61,410 bases of DNA from Elusimicrobiota bacterium (GCA_003450735.1 DMEZ01000013.1:1-61410); one strand, 5' to 3'; counted from the first letter of the stretch, positions 45,143 through 54,528 are shown. The notes: generated from the letters alone by a model not told the origin. Numbers and translations are program-made.

Positions 45143-46393
45143 ATGCCCCTGAAAAGAAGCCGGAACGCCGACGCCGAAATCCGGGCCCTGCGGGCCCAGC
45201 TCGCCCGCGAGCGCTCCCAGAGCCGGCGCCGCGCGGAGCTCTTCGAGAAGGCCATCCAGACCAACGACCTGCGCGAGGTGGGCGAGGAGATGTACCGCTA
45301 CTTCTTCAGCCACTTCGGCGTCTACAAGGGCGACATCACCATCCTGACCGACTACGACGAGCGCGAGTTCTACGACCTCGTCGGCTGGACGCCCCGCCAG
45401 GACACGCCCTCCCCCGAGGAGCTGCTGCGCCTGGCGACCCAGCACTGCGAGTACCTGCGCAGCCTCGTCGAGGAGCAGATCTTCATCGGCTACAGCCCCG
45501 ACGAGGAGCGGGAGATCAAGGAATCCTACCTGGTCGAGCAGAGCATGCTCGAGAGCATGGTCACCAAGGCGCCCCGCCTCGTCAACGACGTGCTCTGTGA
45601 GCTCTCGGCCAAGGAGATCGAGGAAGCCAAGAAGCAGCAGACCCGCTCCTGGCTGAACTGGACGGTGCTCCACCCGGACAACTCGAAGCTGCTGGCCAAG
45701 ATGCACATGTCCTTCCGCAAGGCCCGCAAGCGGACCCTCGCCGAACTCACGCGCCAGCTGCGCCCCTTCGAGAACCTGCTCGGCTACCGCATCCTGCACA
45801 CCCGGGACTTCAAGCGGGTCAAGTACCTCTCCGAGCGCGACGCCCTGACGGGGCTCTACCTGCGCCCCACGCTGGCCAAGCGCTGGGACTACGCCGTGGA
45901 CCACGGCTCGCGCGGCCGCCGGAAGGCCGCCGTCAGCGTGGCCATGCTGGACCTGGACCTCTTCAAGCGCTTCAACGACAACTACGGGCACGAGGTGGGA
46001 GACCGGGTCCTGCGGCACTTCGCGCAGTCGGTGCAGTCGGCCCTGCGCGGGACCGACGTGGTGGGCCGCTACGGCGGCGAGGAGTTCGTGGCCCTCTTCC
46101 CCGGCGCCGACACGGGCGGGGTGCTCACCATCCTCAAGCGCATCCACGAGCGCATCAAGGACGTCAACTTCCTGCCGCCCGCGGCCTGGGTCGCGGGCGC
46201 CACGCCCGAGCACCTGCGCTTCAGCGCCGGCGTCTTCACCCTGGAGCCCGGCCGCAAGGACGCGAAGCCCAGCTTCGACGAGGCCATCAAGGCCGCCGAC
46301 GAGCTGCTCCTCTACTGCAAGCAGTCCGGCCGCAACGCGGCCGCCTACCGGGACTCGGCCGGCCGCATCCGGCGCTTCCGCTTCGAAGACTAG
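45143..46393 (+). CDS. Diguanylate cyclase (GGDEF domain) with an N-terminal domain of unknown function
   Basis: GGEEF motif RYGGEEF. GGDEF signatures FKRFNDNYGH and DALTGL. 10 nt downstream of the flotillin gene. Confidence 0.8.
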   Translation: MPLKRSRNADAEIRALRAQLARERSQSRRRAELFEKAIQTNDLREVGEEMYRYFFSHFGVYKGDITILTDYDEREFYDLVGWTPRQDTPSPEELLRLATQHCEYLRSLVEEQIFIGYSPDEEREIKESYLVEQSMLESMVTKAPRLVNDVLCELSAKEIEEAKKQQTRSWLNWTVLHPDNSKLLAKMHMSFRKARKRTLAELTRQLRPFENLLGYRILHTRDFKRVKYLSERDALTGLYLRPTLAKRWDYAVDHGSRGRRKAAVSVAMLDLDLFKRFNDNYGHEVGDRVLRHFAQSVQSALRGTDVVGRYGGEEFVALFPGADTGGVLTILKRIHERIKDVNFLPPAAWVAGATPEHLRFSAGVFTLEPGRKDAKPSFDEAIKAADELLLYCKQSGRNAAAYRDSAGRIRRFRFED

Positions 46394-46413
46394 CGGACCG
46401 CGCTGGAGCCGTC

Positions 46414-47307
46414 ATGCTATCGCCGATCCGCATATCCCCGAGCCTCGCGGCGCTCCTGCTCGCTCTGCCGGCGCATCCGGCCGCGCCGCAGCCGTCCACG
46501 ACCGAGATTATCCATACCGGTCATCTCATCGTGGATGATCATGAAGTCCCGCCGCCCTACAAGGTCGAAGCGATCGGGGAGATTGTCCTGCTGAACGGCA
46601 TCCAGATCTACCCGCACAAGCCCACGCCCTCCGAGATCGCGGAAAACGCCGAGAAGCAGGAGGCGAGGAAACTGCTGGACTCGCTCCACGAGGAGTTCGA
46701 CAAGATTGAGAAGCTGGAGGGGCATGAGAAGGCCGTCGACCAGCTAAGAATGGAATTGAGGAAACATCCCAAGTACAAGAACTTTTCAATCGAAGAGACG
46801 GATGGGGGTACCAGAGTCGATCTTGGGATGGGTAGCGATGATGCACTGGAGCATAGCTACTTCTTTCGATTCATGGGTAAGAAATATCGTCAATTTAATG
46901 ACAGTCACAGAGGTCCACTAATCGATCCAGGCTTAGGAATAGGGGACATCATCGAAATCGCAGTAAATCGGGTACTACTGGACCCTCTATTGCGGCTGGC
47001 TAGAGCAATCCTCGGAATCAAGATACAAAACGAAGAGAACCACCCCGGTTTCGCCAGCAAGACTATCCAAAGCGAGTTTAACTCGGTTACACATCCTTTG
47101 GGAACCAAGGGCTGCGTAGTGGTATTGGAAGGGCATTTATATTGGACAACCAAATTTAAAGCCAAGTTCGCTTGCGATGAATACTTGAGGGTCGTCCACA
47201 ATAAAACCACTATGGATGCCGCATGGAAAAACCTGCGCTATCATTTCGTGGACTCAGACTACATGGAGAAACATCTGCGGCGATACCTGAAAGCCAAAGG
47301 CAGATGA
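46414..47307 (+). CDS. Secreted hypothetical protein; the 3' two-thirds of the gene is compositionally anomalous (low GC)
   Basis: Signal peptide MLSPIRISPSLAALLLALPAHPAA. No domain recognised. GC drops sharply from about 46740 onward. Confidence 0.4.
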   Translation: MLSPIRISPSLAALLLALPAHPAAPQPSTTEIIHTGHLIVDDHEVPPPYKVEAIGEIVLLNGIQIYPHKPTPSEIAENAEKQEARKLLDSLHEEFDKIEKLEGHEKAVDQLRMELRKHPKYKNFSIEETDGGTRVDLGMGSDDALEHSYFFRFMGKKYRQFNDSHRGPLIDPGLGIGDIIEIAVNRVLLDPLLRLARAILGIKIQNEENHPGFASKTIQSEFNSVTHPLGTKGCVVVLEGHLYWTTKFKAKFACDEYLRVVHNKTTMDAAWKNLRYHFVDSDYMEKHLRRYLKAKGR

Positions 47308-47518
47308 TACATTCACGACGGGATACCGCTTGCCGTTGTTCGAGCTTCCGCCCCGCCGATAGGCGGGGACGAAGCCGCGCGCCCGAGGCGCGTAAAAAGC
47401 GCCTTTTCGACGGATCGGATCGCTCTATCCCATCTCTCGATCGTTGAACATGCAAACATTCTTCAAGGAGCGAGTCGCTCTCCCATCGATCAACCCTGTC
47501 TACTCCGACTTATAACCA

Positions 47519-47550
47519 CCTGTTCCGGCTCCATCCTGTTCCGGCTCCAT
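47519..47550. repeat. 16-bp perfect tandem duplication (CCTGTTCCGGCTCCAT x2)
   Basis: Read directly from the sequence. Confidence 0.9.
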
Positions 47551-47600
47551 CTTCTCCCGTGGGGGGGACTACTTGGAAATAACGCTTAAATAATAAGCCA

Positions 47601-47628
47601 AATCAACATCGTCCGGACGATGTTGATT
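47601..47628. repeat. Perfect 28-bp palindrome (AATCAACATCGTCC|GGACGATGTTGATT)
   Basis: Read directly from the sequence. Lies in the low-GC intergenic island between 47307 and 47919. Confidence 0.9.
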
Positions 47629-47918
47629 GTGCTGAAAAAATAAGCGGAATCTCAGAGGGGTGGGGGGGGCAGCCGTTCTCCCGGAGTCTCAACAACCCAT
47701 GAGGATCCCCTCATGTACCGATAGCATCGCAAGCGTTGGCACTCTTTCCACTCAAACGACCGGCACCCCGCCGGAACCGATGCGGACATCCCCGCTTGAA
47801 AGCCCAATCGCCTAGGCCCCCGAGCCCGACCGGCCCACTGCGCAGGCCCATTAGGCCCAGCGTGTTTTCAGGCCCCTAGCCCCTGTCGGCGCCCGCCTGA
47901 CGCCGCTACACTCAAGAC

Positions 47919-49736
47919 ATGAAGCGGTCACTGGGCCTCCTCCTCGCCCTCCTCCTCTCGGCGCAGACCTCGCAGGCGCAGTTCGTGCAGAGCGCGGCCG
48001 CCCTCGCGGCCCCGAAGGCCGGCGTCGCCCTCCCCGCGGGCCTGGCCTTGCCGCAGGTCGCCGCCCCCGGGCTCCTCAGCCCGCTCTACGCTCCGAACCT
48101 GAACCTCGGCCTCCCTCTGCCGGCCGCCCCGCTCGCGGCGCCGAAGGTTTCGGCCCCGGCCAAGGCCCAGGCCCCGCGCGCCCTGCTCAAAGAAGCCCCC
48201 ATCCCCGCGTCGCCCCTAGGCGACGCAGGGACGGCGCGAGCGGAGAACGGCCAGCGCGCCGCGACCGTCCTCGAGCAGCTCCAGCAGGTCCAGGCCCCCG
48301 CCGCCGAGGCCGCCTCGCCCGAGCGCATCGAACAGCTCTACAACGGAGGGGTGAAGCCGGAGGCGTCCGCGGCCGAGGCCCTCGAGGCCCCGGAGGTCGA
48401 GGAAGGCCTGCCGCTGGGCTGGGTCCGCAAGGAGCAGGCCAAGAGCCGCTCGGTGGACTCGAGGACCGCCAGGCTCCAGCGCAAGGCGCAGAGCCGGGGC
48501 TTCTCCAGGGCCGCCCTGAACCCCGAGGTGCTCAAGCGCCACAACGCCCATTACACGCACGAGGTCCCGGTCGGCGAGGTCACCGACCAGAAGTCGTCGG
48601 GCCGCTGCTGGATCTTCGCCGGCCTGAACATGATCCGCTCCATGATGCTCGCCGAGGGGCGCATCGGAAAGGACTTCGAGTTCTCGCAGAACTACCTTTA
48701 CTTCTTCAGCCAGCTCGAGCAGTCGAACCGCTACCTCGAGCAGGTCATGAAGGCGGCCTATGAGCCGGGCTCGGTGAAGCACATCCCGCGCGACCTCCAG
48801 ATGATCGCCCCCAGCGTCGAGGACGGCGGGCACTTCGAATACCTGCAGTTCCTCGTCGGCAAGTACGGCCTCGTCCCGAAGAGCGCGATGCCGGAGACCA
48901 AGAGCTCGGGCGCGACGGACGGGCTCGACGGCGAGCTCAACTACAGCCTGGGCATCACCGTGCGGGAGTTGCTCGAGGACGCCCGCGCCCTCGAGAACGG
49001 CCGAGGCCCCTCCCGCGCGCGTGAGATCCGGGAGCGGGGGATGGACCGCGTCTGGAAGATCCTGGCCGCGCACCTCGGCACCCCGCCCGAGCGCGTCTCC
49101 CACCCCGTGAAGGGCCGCAAGCGCTCCTTCACGCCCCAGCGCTTCGCCAAGGACTTCGCCGGCTACCGCCTAGACGACTACGTCCACGTCACCGCCTACC
49201 CCTACGAGAAGCAGGGCGTCGCGGGAGAGGAGGACGACAGCTCGATCGGCGCCGCCACGCGCGGCCACCGTGCCCGCAACGTCAAGGCCCTCAACGTGAG
49301 CCTCGACCGGCTCGAGCGGCTGGCCCTCGCGGCCCTCGAGGGCGGCCAGCCCGTCGACATCTTCGCCTCCATGAAGCGGGACATCAGCGGGAAGACGGGC
49401 ATCATGCACCCCGCCGTCTTCGACCGCGCCGCGGTCTACGGCTGGTCGGCCGAGCAGGAGCGTGAGAAGCTCACCCGCGCCCAGGGCGTCTCGCTGGGCC
49501 TCAACGGCCCCGACCACCTCATGATGCTGACCGGCTTCGACCGGCCCGACCCGGAGAAGCCCGTCGTCAAGTTCAAGGTCGAGAACTCCTGGGGCCCGAA
49601 GATCGGCGACCACGGCGTCTTCCACATGTACCGCGAGTGGTTCCGGCAGAACCTGTTCGGCATCGTCGTCCACAAGAGCTTCCTATCCAAGGCCGAGCGC
49701 AAGGCCTGGGAAGCCGCCAAGAAGAACGCGGACTGA
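47919..49736 (+). CDS. pepC: Peptidase C1B (aminopeptidase C / bleomycin hydrolase)-like cysteine peptidase with an N-terminal signal peptide and Ala/Pro-rich extension
   Basis: Active-site QKSSGRCWIFAGLNM. C-terminal catalytic region NSWGPKIGDHGVFHM. A signal peptide and ~150-aa low-complexity N-terminal region precede the catalytic domain. Confidence 0.75.
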   Translation: MKRSLGLLLALLLSAQTSQAQFVQSAAALAAPKAGVALPAGLALPQVAAPGLLSPLYAPNLNLGLPLPAAPLAAPKVSAPAKAQAPRALLKEAPIPASPLGDAGTARAENGQRAATVLEQLQQVQAPAAEAASPERIEQLYNGGVKPEASAAEALEAPEVEEGLPLGWVRKEQAKSRSVDSRTARLQRKAQSRGFSRAALNPEVLKRHNAHYTHEVPVGEVTDQKSSGRCWIFAGLNMIRSMMLAEGRIGKDFEFSQNYLYFFSQLEQSNRYLEQVMKAAYEPGSVKHIPRDLQMIAPSVEDGGHFEYLQFLVGKYGLVPKSAMPETKSSGATDGLDGELNYSLGITVRELLEDARALENGRGPSRAREIRERGMDRVWKILAAHLGTPPERVSHPVKGRKRSFTPQRFAKDFAGYRLDDYVHVTAYPYEKQGVAGEEDDSSIGAATRGHRARNVKALNVSLDRLERLALAALEGGQPVDIFASMKRDISGKTGIMHPAVFDRAAVYGWSAEQEREKLTRAQGVSLGLNGPDHLMMLTGFDRPDPEKPVVKFKVENSWGPKIGDHGVFHMYREWFRQNLFGIVVHKSFLSKAERKAWEAAKKNAD

Positions 49737-49740
49737 AGGG

Positions 49741-50190
49741 CTAGCGCCCGCCCGTCTCGTCGACGGTGACCGACTGGAAGACGGGCGGCTCGATCCTGGG
49801 AGGGCCGGTGTCGCCCGGCCTCGGGCGCGGCAGGATGGGCTTCCGCTGGATGTTCTTGCCCTTGTTGACGAGGAACAGACTCATCACGATCATCCAGAAG
49901 ATCAGCAGGCCGAAGAAGCCCCAGGCCAAGTAGCGCGCGATCGGGGGGGCGGGGGGCTTCTCCTTCGCCGTGTCCTGACGCAGGAGGGCGAAGATCTCCT
50001 CATCCTTCATCGGCGCCTTAGGCTCACCCTGCGGGGACTGCTGAACCGGCACGGCGGGCGGAGGGGGAGGCGGAGCAGGCTCCGCAGGCGCCGCTTTCAC
50101 CGGCTTTTTGAAAGGCTCCTTGCAGAAGTCGCACCACGCCTGAGTGTCGGGAGTCTCGAAACCGCAGGATGGGCACTTCACCGCGTCCAC
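49741..50190 (-). CDS. Zinc-ribbon-containing, Pro-rich membrane protein (hypothetical)
   Basis: GTG start. CPSCG...CDFC zinc-ribbon. Pro-rich linker. TM helix YLAWGFFGLLIFWMIVMSLFLV. Confidence 0.4.
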   Translation of the reverse strand: MDAVKCPSCGFETPDTQAWCDFCKEPFKKPVKAAPAEPAPPPPPPAVPVQQSPQGEPKAPMKDEEIFALLRQDTAKEKPPAPPIARYLAWGFFGLLIFWMIVMSLFLVNKGKNIQRKPILPRPRPGDTGPPRIEPPVFQSVTVDETGGR

Positions 50191-50540
50191 CCCTGGGCCG
50201 AGAAGGCGTCCTTGACATGGCGGATTTCGCCGTCCTGCAGGGCGACGACGTCGAAGCGCACCGGCGCGTCGAGCTTCTCGCGCTGGAGATAGGCGAGCGC
50301 GGCCCGGACGATGCGTCCCTGCTTGCGCCGGTCCACGGCGCACTCGGCCGGCCCGAAACGGCCCGAGGAGCGCGCTTTGACCTCCACGAAGATTACGGTG
50401 CTCCCGTCCCGGGCGATGAGGTCCACTTCGCCCATCCGGGTGCGCCAGCTTCGGGCCAGGATGCGCCAGCCCAGGGACTCCAGGAAGCGCTCGGCGGCGG
50501 CCTCGCCGGCCCGTCCCAGCTTCAGGCGCTCCTCAGACAC
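50178..50540 (-). CDS. yraN: YraN-family (UPF0102) endonuclease
   Basis: A 120-aa product with GE.DL(I/V)A and IFVEVK motifs. Confidence 0.7.
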   Translation of the reverse strand: MSEERLKLGRAGEAAAERFLESLGWRILARSWRTRMGEVDLIARDGSTVIFVEVKARSSGRFGPAECAVDRRKQGRIVRAALAYLQREKLDAPVRFDVVALQDGEIRHVKDAFSAQGWTR

Positions 50541-51168
50541 GGACCATCCCCGATACCGGATGGAAGCTGCGGCGATGGACCGGCGAGGGGCCCAGGCGGC
50601 CGAGGGCGTCCATGTGCTCCGCGCTGCCGTAGCCCTTGCTCTTCGCGAAGCCGTAGCCCGGGTAGCGCGACTCGAGCACCCTCATCCAGCGGTCCCGCAC
50701 GACCTTGGCGACGACGCTCGCGGAGGCGATGGAGAGCGAGAGGTCGTCCCCGCCCACGAGCGTCTTCTGGCGCAAAGCCAGGCCGGGAACCGCCTGGTTG
50801 CCGTCCACGAGCACCCAGGGGGCCTCTTCCGGCGCCAGACGCAGGCGCTCGAGGGCCCGGCGCATGGCCAGGAAAGTCGCCTGCAGGATGTTGACCTGGT
50901 CGATCTCTTCGGGCAGCGCCCAGCCGACGCCGACGCGCGCGGCCCTGCGGATGAGGGGGAAGACCCTTTCGCGCCCCTTCGGAGTGAGCTTCTTGGAATC
51001 CTTGACGCCCGCGAGTTCGGGCAGGGGCCGCGAGGGGAGCAGGACGGCCGCGGCCACGACGGGACCGGCCAGCGGCCCGCGCCCCGCCTCGTCGATGCCG
51101 ATAAGAGAAGAGGCGCCTAGTCGGCGCCTCGTCTCCGTGTCGTAAGCTTCCAGCGTCCCGGTGTCCAA
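50533..51168 (-). CDS. rnhB: Ribonuclease HII
   Basis: IGIDEAGRGPLAGPVV catalytic motif. Confidence 0.85.
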   Translation of the reverse strand: MDTGTLEAYDTETRRRLGASSLIGIDEAGRGPLAGPVVAAAVLLPSRPLPELAGVKDSKKLTPKGRERVFPLIRRAARVGVGWALPEEIDQVNILQATFLAMRRALERLRLAPEEAPWVLVDGNQAVPGLALRQKTLVGGDDLSLSIASASVVAKVVRDRWMRVLESRYPGYGFAKSKGYGSAEHMDALGRLGPSPVHRRSFHPVSGMVRV

Positions 51169-51176
51169 GCGAGAGT

Positions 51177-51602
51177 CTACTTCTTGGCGGCGGGCTCCTC
51201 TTTGGCGGGCGCCGCGGCGGGCGGGGCCTCGGCGGCCGGAGCGGCCTCGGAGGCTTCCGCCTGCTCGCGCGTGTCCTCGTTGAGGCGGGCGGCCTTGCCC
51301 GAAAGCCCGCGCAGGTAGTAGAGGCGGGCGCGGCGAGCCTTGCCGGGCCGGGTGACCTCGAGCTTCATGAGGCGGGGGGAGTGCATGGGGAAGGTGCGCT
51401 CGACGCCGACGCCGAAGGAGACCTTGCGGACGGTGAACATCTCGCCGGCGCCGACGCCGCGCCGCGTGATGACCGTGCCTTCGAACGCCTGGAGGCGCTC
51501 GTTGTCGCCCTCGACGACCTTCAAGGTGACGCGGACCGTGTCGCCGGGCTTGAAATCCGGGAACTTGCGCTTTTCCGGCTGGGGAATCTTGAATGATGCC
51601 AT
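51177..51602 (-). CDS. rplS: 50S ribosomal protein L19 (with Ala/Pro/Glu-rich C-terminal extension)
   Basis: [20 protein letters not shown] and [10 protein letters not shown] motifs. Confidence 0.9.
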   Translation of the reverse strand: MASFKIPQPEKRKFPDFKPGDTVRVTLKVVEGDNERLQAFEGTVITRRGVGAGEMFTVRKVSFGVGVERTFPMHSPRLMKLEVTRPGKARRARLYYLRGLSGKAARLNEDTREQAEASEAAPAAEAPPAAAPAKEEPAAKK

Positions 51603-51626
51603 GGGACGTCCTCGCTTAGAACGGGT

Positions 51627-52346
51627 TCAGACCCTTAATCTTAACTTTTTTCGGGCGGGCTTTTCCAGCAGGTCGGGCCGCTTGAGGGCGGTGGCCCGCC
51701 GGGCTGCCTCGCGCCGCCAGGCGTCGATGCGGGCGTGGTCGCCGCTCAAGAGCACCTCGGGGACCTTGCGGCCGCGCCACTCTGCCGGACGGGTATACTG
51801 CGGGTAGTCGAGCAGGCGCTCGGTGAAGGACTCCTTCTCGGCCGCCCCGGGCTTGGCCAGCACGCCGGGCAAAAGGCGGGCGACGGCGTCCACGACCGCC
51901 ATGGCGGGGATCTCGCCCCCCGTCAGCACGAAGTCCCCGACCGAAAGCTCCAGGTCCACGAAGTCCAGGATGCGCTCGTCGACGCCCTCGTAGTGGCCGC
52001 AGACGAGGACGAGGTGCCGTTCCTTGGCGAACTTGGCGGCGAGCGCCTGGTCGAAGCGGCGGCCCTGGGGGGAGAGGAGGATGACCTTGGAGTTCTTCTT
52101 GCGAAGGCGCTTCAAGGCCTGGAAGAGCGGCTCGGCCATCAAGAGCATCCCGGCCCCGCCGCCGTAGGGCCGGTCGTCGACGGTATGGTGGCGGTCGGTG
52201 GAGAAATCGCGCAGGTCGGTGAGGCGGACGTCGAGGAGCCCGCGCTCCCGGGCGCGCTTGAGGATGCTCTCCGAGAAGGGCCCCTCGAACATCCGGGGGA
52301 ACAGCGTGAGGACGTCGAAGCGGAGCGGGGGCTTGGGTCTGCTCAC
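51627..52346 (-). CDS. trmD: tRNA (guanine37-N1)-methyltransferase
   Basis: FDVLTLFP, VCGHYEG, LTGGE motifs. Confidence 0.9.
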   Translation of the reverse strand: MSRPKPPLRFDVLTLFPRMFEGPFSESILKRARERGLLDVRLTDLRDFSTDRHHTVDDRPYGGGAGMLLMAEPLFQALKRLRKKNSKVILLSPQGRRFDQALAAKFAKERHLVLVCGHYEGVDERILDFVDLELSVGDFVLTGGEIPAMAVVDAVARLLPGVLAKPGAAEKESFTERLLDYPQYTRPAEWRGRKVPEVLLSGDHARIDAWRREAARRATALKRPDLLEKPARKKLRLRV

Positions 52347-52570
52347 TCCACGTCTAGGACGACCGTCTTGTCCGCCTTGGCGGCGGCGACGCCGACGATG
52401 GCGCGGATGGCCTTGATGACCTTGCCCTGCTTGCCGATGATCTTGCCCTTGTCCTCTTCGGCGACCTTCAGCATGAGGCGGGTCACGCCGCCTTCCTCGG
52501 AGGCCGTCACGTCGACCTTGTCCGGCTGGTCGACGAGCTGGCGGGCGATGTGGAGGGCGAGCTCCTTCAT
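52343..52570 (-). CDS. KH-domain RNA-binding protein (YlqC/UPF0109 family)
   Basis: A 75-aa product with the IIGKQGKVIKAIR KH motif. Located between rpsP and trmD. Confidence 0.7.
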   Translation of the reverse strand: MKELALHIARQLVDQPDKVDVTASEEGGVTRLMLKVAEEDKGKIIGKQGKVIKAIRAIVGVAAAKADKTVVLDVE

Positions 52571-52845
52571 GCCTTCGCCCCAGCGGCCTCCTGCTTCTGC
52601 TGCTTCTCGTAAGTCTTCAGCAGGGTGCGCGCGGTGTCGCTGGGCTGGGCCCCGTTCTTGAGCCAGTAGGCGACGCGCTCCACATTGATCTGGAGCTTGT
52701 CCTTGATCTTCTCGCCCCGCGGATTGTAGGAGCCCAGGACTTCGAGCGGCGTGCCGCTCTGCCCGCGCGTCTTGACGACGGCCACGAGCCGATAATGGGC
52801 CTGCTTGGGTTTGCCGATGCGCTGAAGCCGGATGCTGACCGCCAT
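52567..52845 (-). CDS. rpsP: 30S ribosomal protein S16
   Basis: MAVSIRLQRIGKPKQAHYRLV N-terminal signature. Confidence 0.9.
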   Translation of the reverse strand: MAVSIRLQRIGKPKQAHYRLVAVVKTRGQSGTPLEVLGSYNPRGEKIKDKLQINVERVAYWLKNGAQPSDTARTLLKTYEKQQKQEAAGAKA

Positions 52846-52895
52846 GGTGATATGCCTCCTGGAAAAACTCGCTGTCCCCGAAAGGACTCCTTATT

Positions 52896-53582
52896 CTACG
52901 ATTTTTTGAGGGCTTTTTGCGCGGCTTTCTCGATGCGGCGCGCCGCGGCGGCCGGATCCCGGGCGCCGAACACCGCGCTGCCGGCGACCAGGCTGTCGGC
53001 GCCGGCGGACGCGGCCGCAGGCGCGGTCCGTTCGTCGATGCCCCCGTCCACCTGCAGCCAGGCCTTCAGGCCCCGGCGATCGAGCTCCCGGCGAAGGACG
53101 CGCACCTTGGAGAGCATCTTCGGCATGAAGGCTTGCCCGCCGAAGCCCGGCTCCACCGTCATGACGAGGGCGAGGTCGAGGTCGGCCAGGAAGGGGAGCA
53201 GGGCCGAGACAGGGGTCTTCGGCTTGATAGCCAGCCCGGCGCCGGTGCCGCGCGCGCGCAGGGCGCGCAGCAGCGGCCGCGGGCGCGGGCAGGCCTCCAG
53301 GTGGAAGACCACCCAATCCGCGCCGGCCTCGGCGAAGAGGGGGGCGTAGCGGACGGGGTCCGAGACCATGAGGTGCGCATCGAGCCGGCAAGCACCGCTC
53401 CGCAGGGCCTTCAGCGCGCTCGGGCCGTAGGTGAGGTTCGGGACGAAATGGCCGTCCATCACATCGAGGGAGGCCCAGCGGGCCCCGGACCGATCGAGGT
53501 CGCGGCGCAAGGCGCCCGGATCGGCCGAGAGGAGGGAGGGGACCACCCGCACCCGTCCGTCGGGGCGCAGGGGCCGCTTCAC
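52896..53582 (-). CDS. rpe: Ribulose-phosphate 3-epimerase
   Basis: GTG start overlapping the upstream stop. PSLLSAD, DVMDGHFVPN, MTVEPGFGGQ motifs. Confidence 0.85.
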   Translation of the reverse strand: MKRPLRPDGRVRVVPSLLSADPGALRRDLDRSGARWASLDVMDGHFVPNLTYGPSALKALRSGACRLDAHLMVSDPVRYAPLFAEAGADWVVFHLEACPRPRPLLRALRARGTGAGLAIKPKTPVSALLPFLADLDLALVMTVEPGFGGQAFMPKMLSKVRVLRRELDRRGLKAWLQVDGGIDERTAPAAASAGADSLVAGSAVFGARDPAAAARRIEKAAQKALKKS

Positions 53583-54517
53583 AGGTTGCGCTCCTCGACC
53601 AGGATGCCGTTGAGGAAGATCTTCACGCGCGCCTTCTTGGTGGCCGGCACGGCCAGATCCACCTTCGAGCCGGGCGCGCGCAAGCCGTTGAAGAGCTCGC
53701 GCTCCCCCTGCTGGTCCACGAGCACGATCCGCAGCAGGCTCTCGCTGGCTCCCTGGGGGACCTGGTAGTGGAAGCCCGCGGCGGCGGCTTCTTCGCGGCC
53801 GCCGGGCCGGGCGCTGATGGTCAGGGTGACCTTGGCCCCGTCGGAGACGACGGCATCGGCCAGGGGCTGCTGCTCGAGCACGACGCCGTAGGGGAACAGG
53901 GAGCTCGGGTCCTTGACGACGGAGATCTCGACGCCGTGCTTGCCCGCCCACTGGCTCGCCTCGGCGATGTTCTTGCGCAGGAGGTCGGGCATCAAGACCA
54001 CGCCCTCGGGCGGGGCCCCGCCGGAGACGACCACGTTGACCAGGGTGTTCTTCTCAACGCTGGACTCCGCCTTCGGGTCCTGGGAGAGCACGAGGCCCTT
54101 GTCGAGGCGCAGCGAGTAGGACTCGCTCACCTCGCCCAGGGCCAGCTGGCTCTGGCGCAGGAGGATCTCCGCGTTGCGCAGGGGCAGGCTGGCCAGGGAG
54201 GGGGTGAACACCGTCTCGCCGCCCTGGGAGACCACGACCCGGATCGTCTTGCCCTCGCGCACCTTCGTGCCGCCCGGCGGGCGCTGGCGGACGATGGAGC
54301 CGATGGGCACGCTCCCGTTGAACTCCTCGCCCTCCTTCATCAGGGGAAGGTCGAGCGGGGCGAGCATGCTCAGGGCGCCGGCGATGGATTTGCCGCGGAT
54401 GTCGGGAACGACCTGGATCTTGCGGTTGTGCACCGCTCCCTCGATCCCCCAGCGCAACGCGGCGTAGCCGAGGCCGCCGAGGACGAGGAGGGCCAGGAGG
54501 ACCTCCAGAATGTGCAC
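53579..54517 (-). CDS. PASTA domain-containing membrane protein (three PASTA repeats)
   Basis: N-terminal TM. Three ~65-aa repeats with the V.VP.(L/V).G pattern. Confidence 0.65.
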   Translation of the reverse strand: MHILEVLLALLVLGGLGYAALRWGIEGAVHNRKIQVVPDIRGKSIAGALSMLAPLDLPLMKEGEEFNGSVPIGSIVRQRPPGGTKVREGKTIRVVVSQGGETVFTPSLASLPLRNAEILLRQSQLALGEVSESYSLRLDKGLVLSQDPKAESSVEKNTLVNVVVSGGAPPEGVVLMPDLLRKNIAEASQWAGKHGVEISVVKDPSSLFPYGVVLEQQPLADAVVSDGAKVTLTISARPGGREEAAAAGFHYQVPQGASESLLRIVLVDQQGERELFNGLRAPGSKVDLAVPATKKARVKIFLNGILVEERNL

Positions 54518-54528
54518 GCGGTTCGATT

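Noticed and set aside
43051-46213. ORFs 43051..45264(-) (737 aa), 45089..46213(-)
   Set aside because: Antisense to the flotillin and GGDEF genes. Low-complexity.
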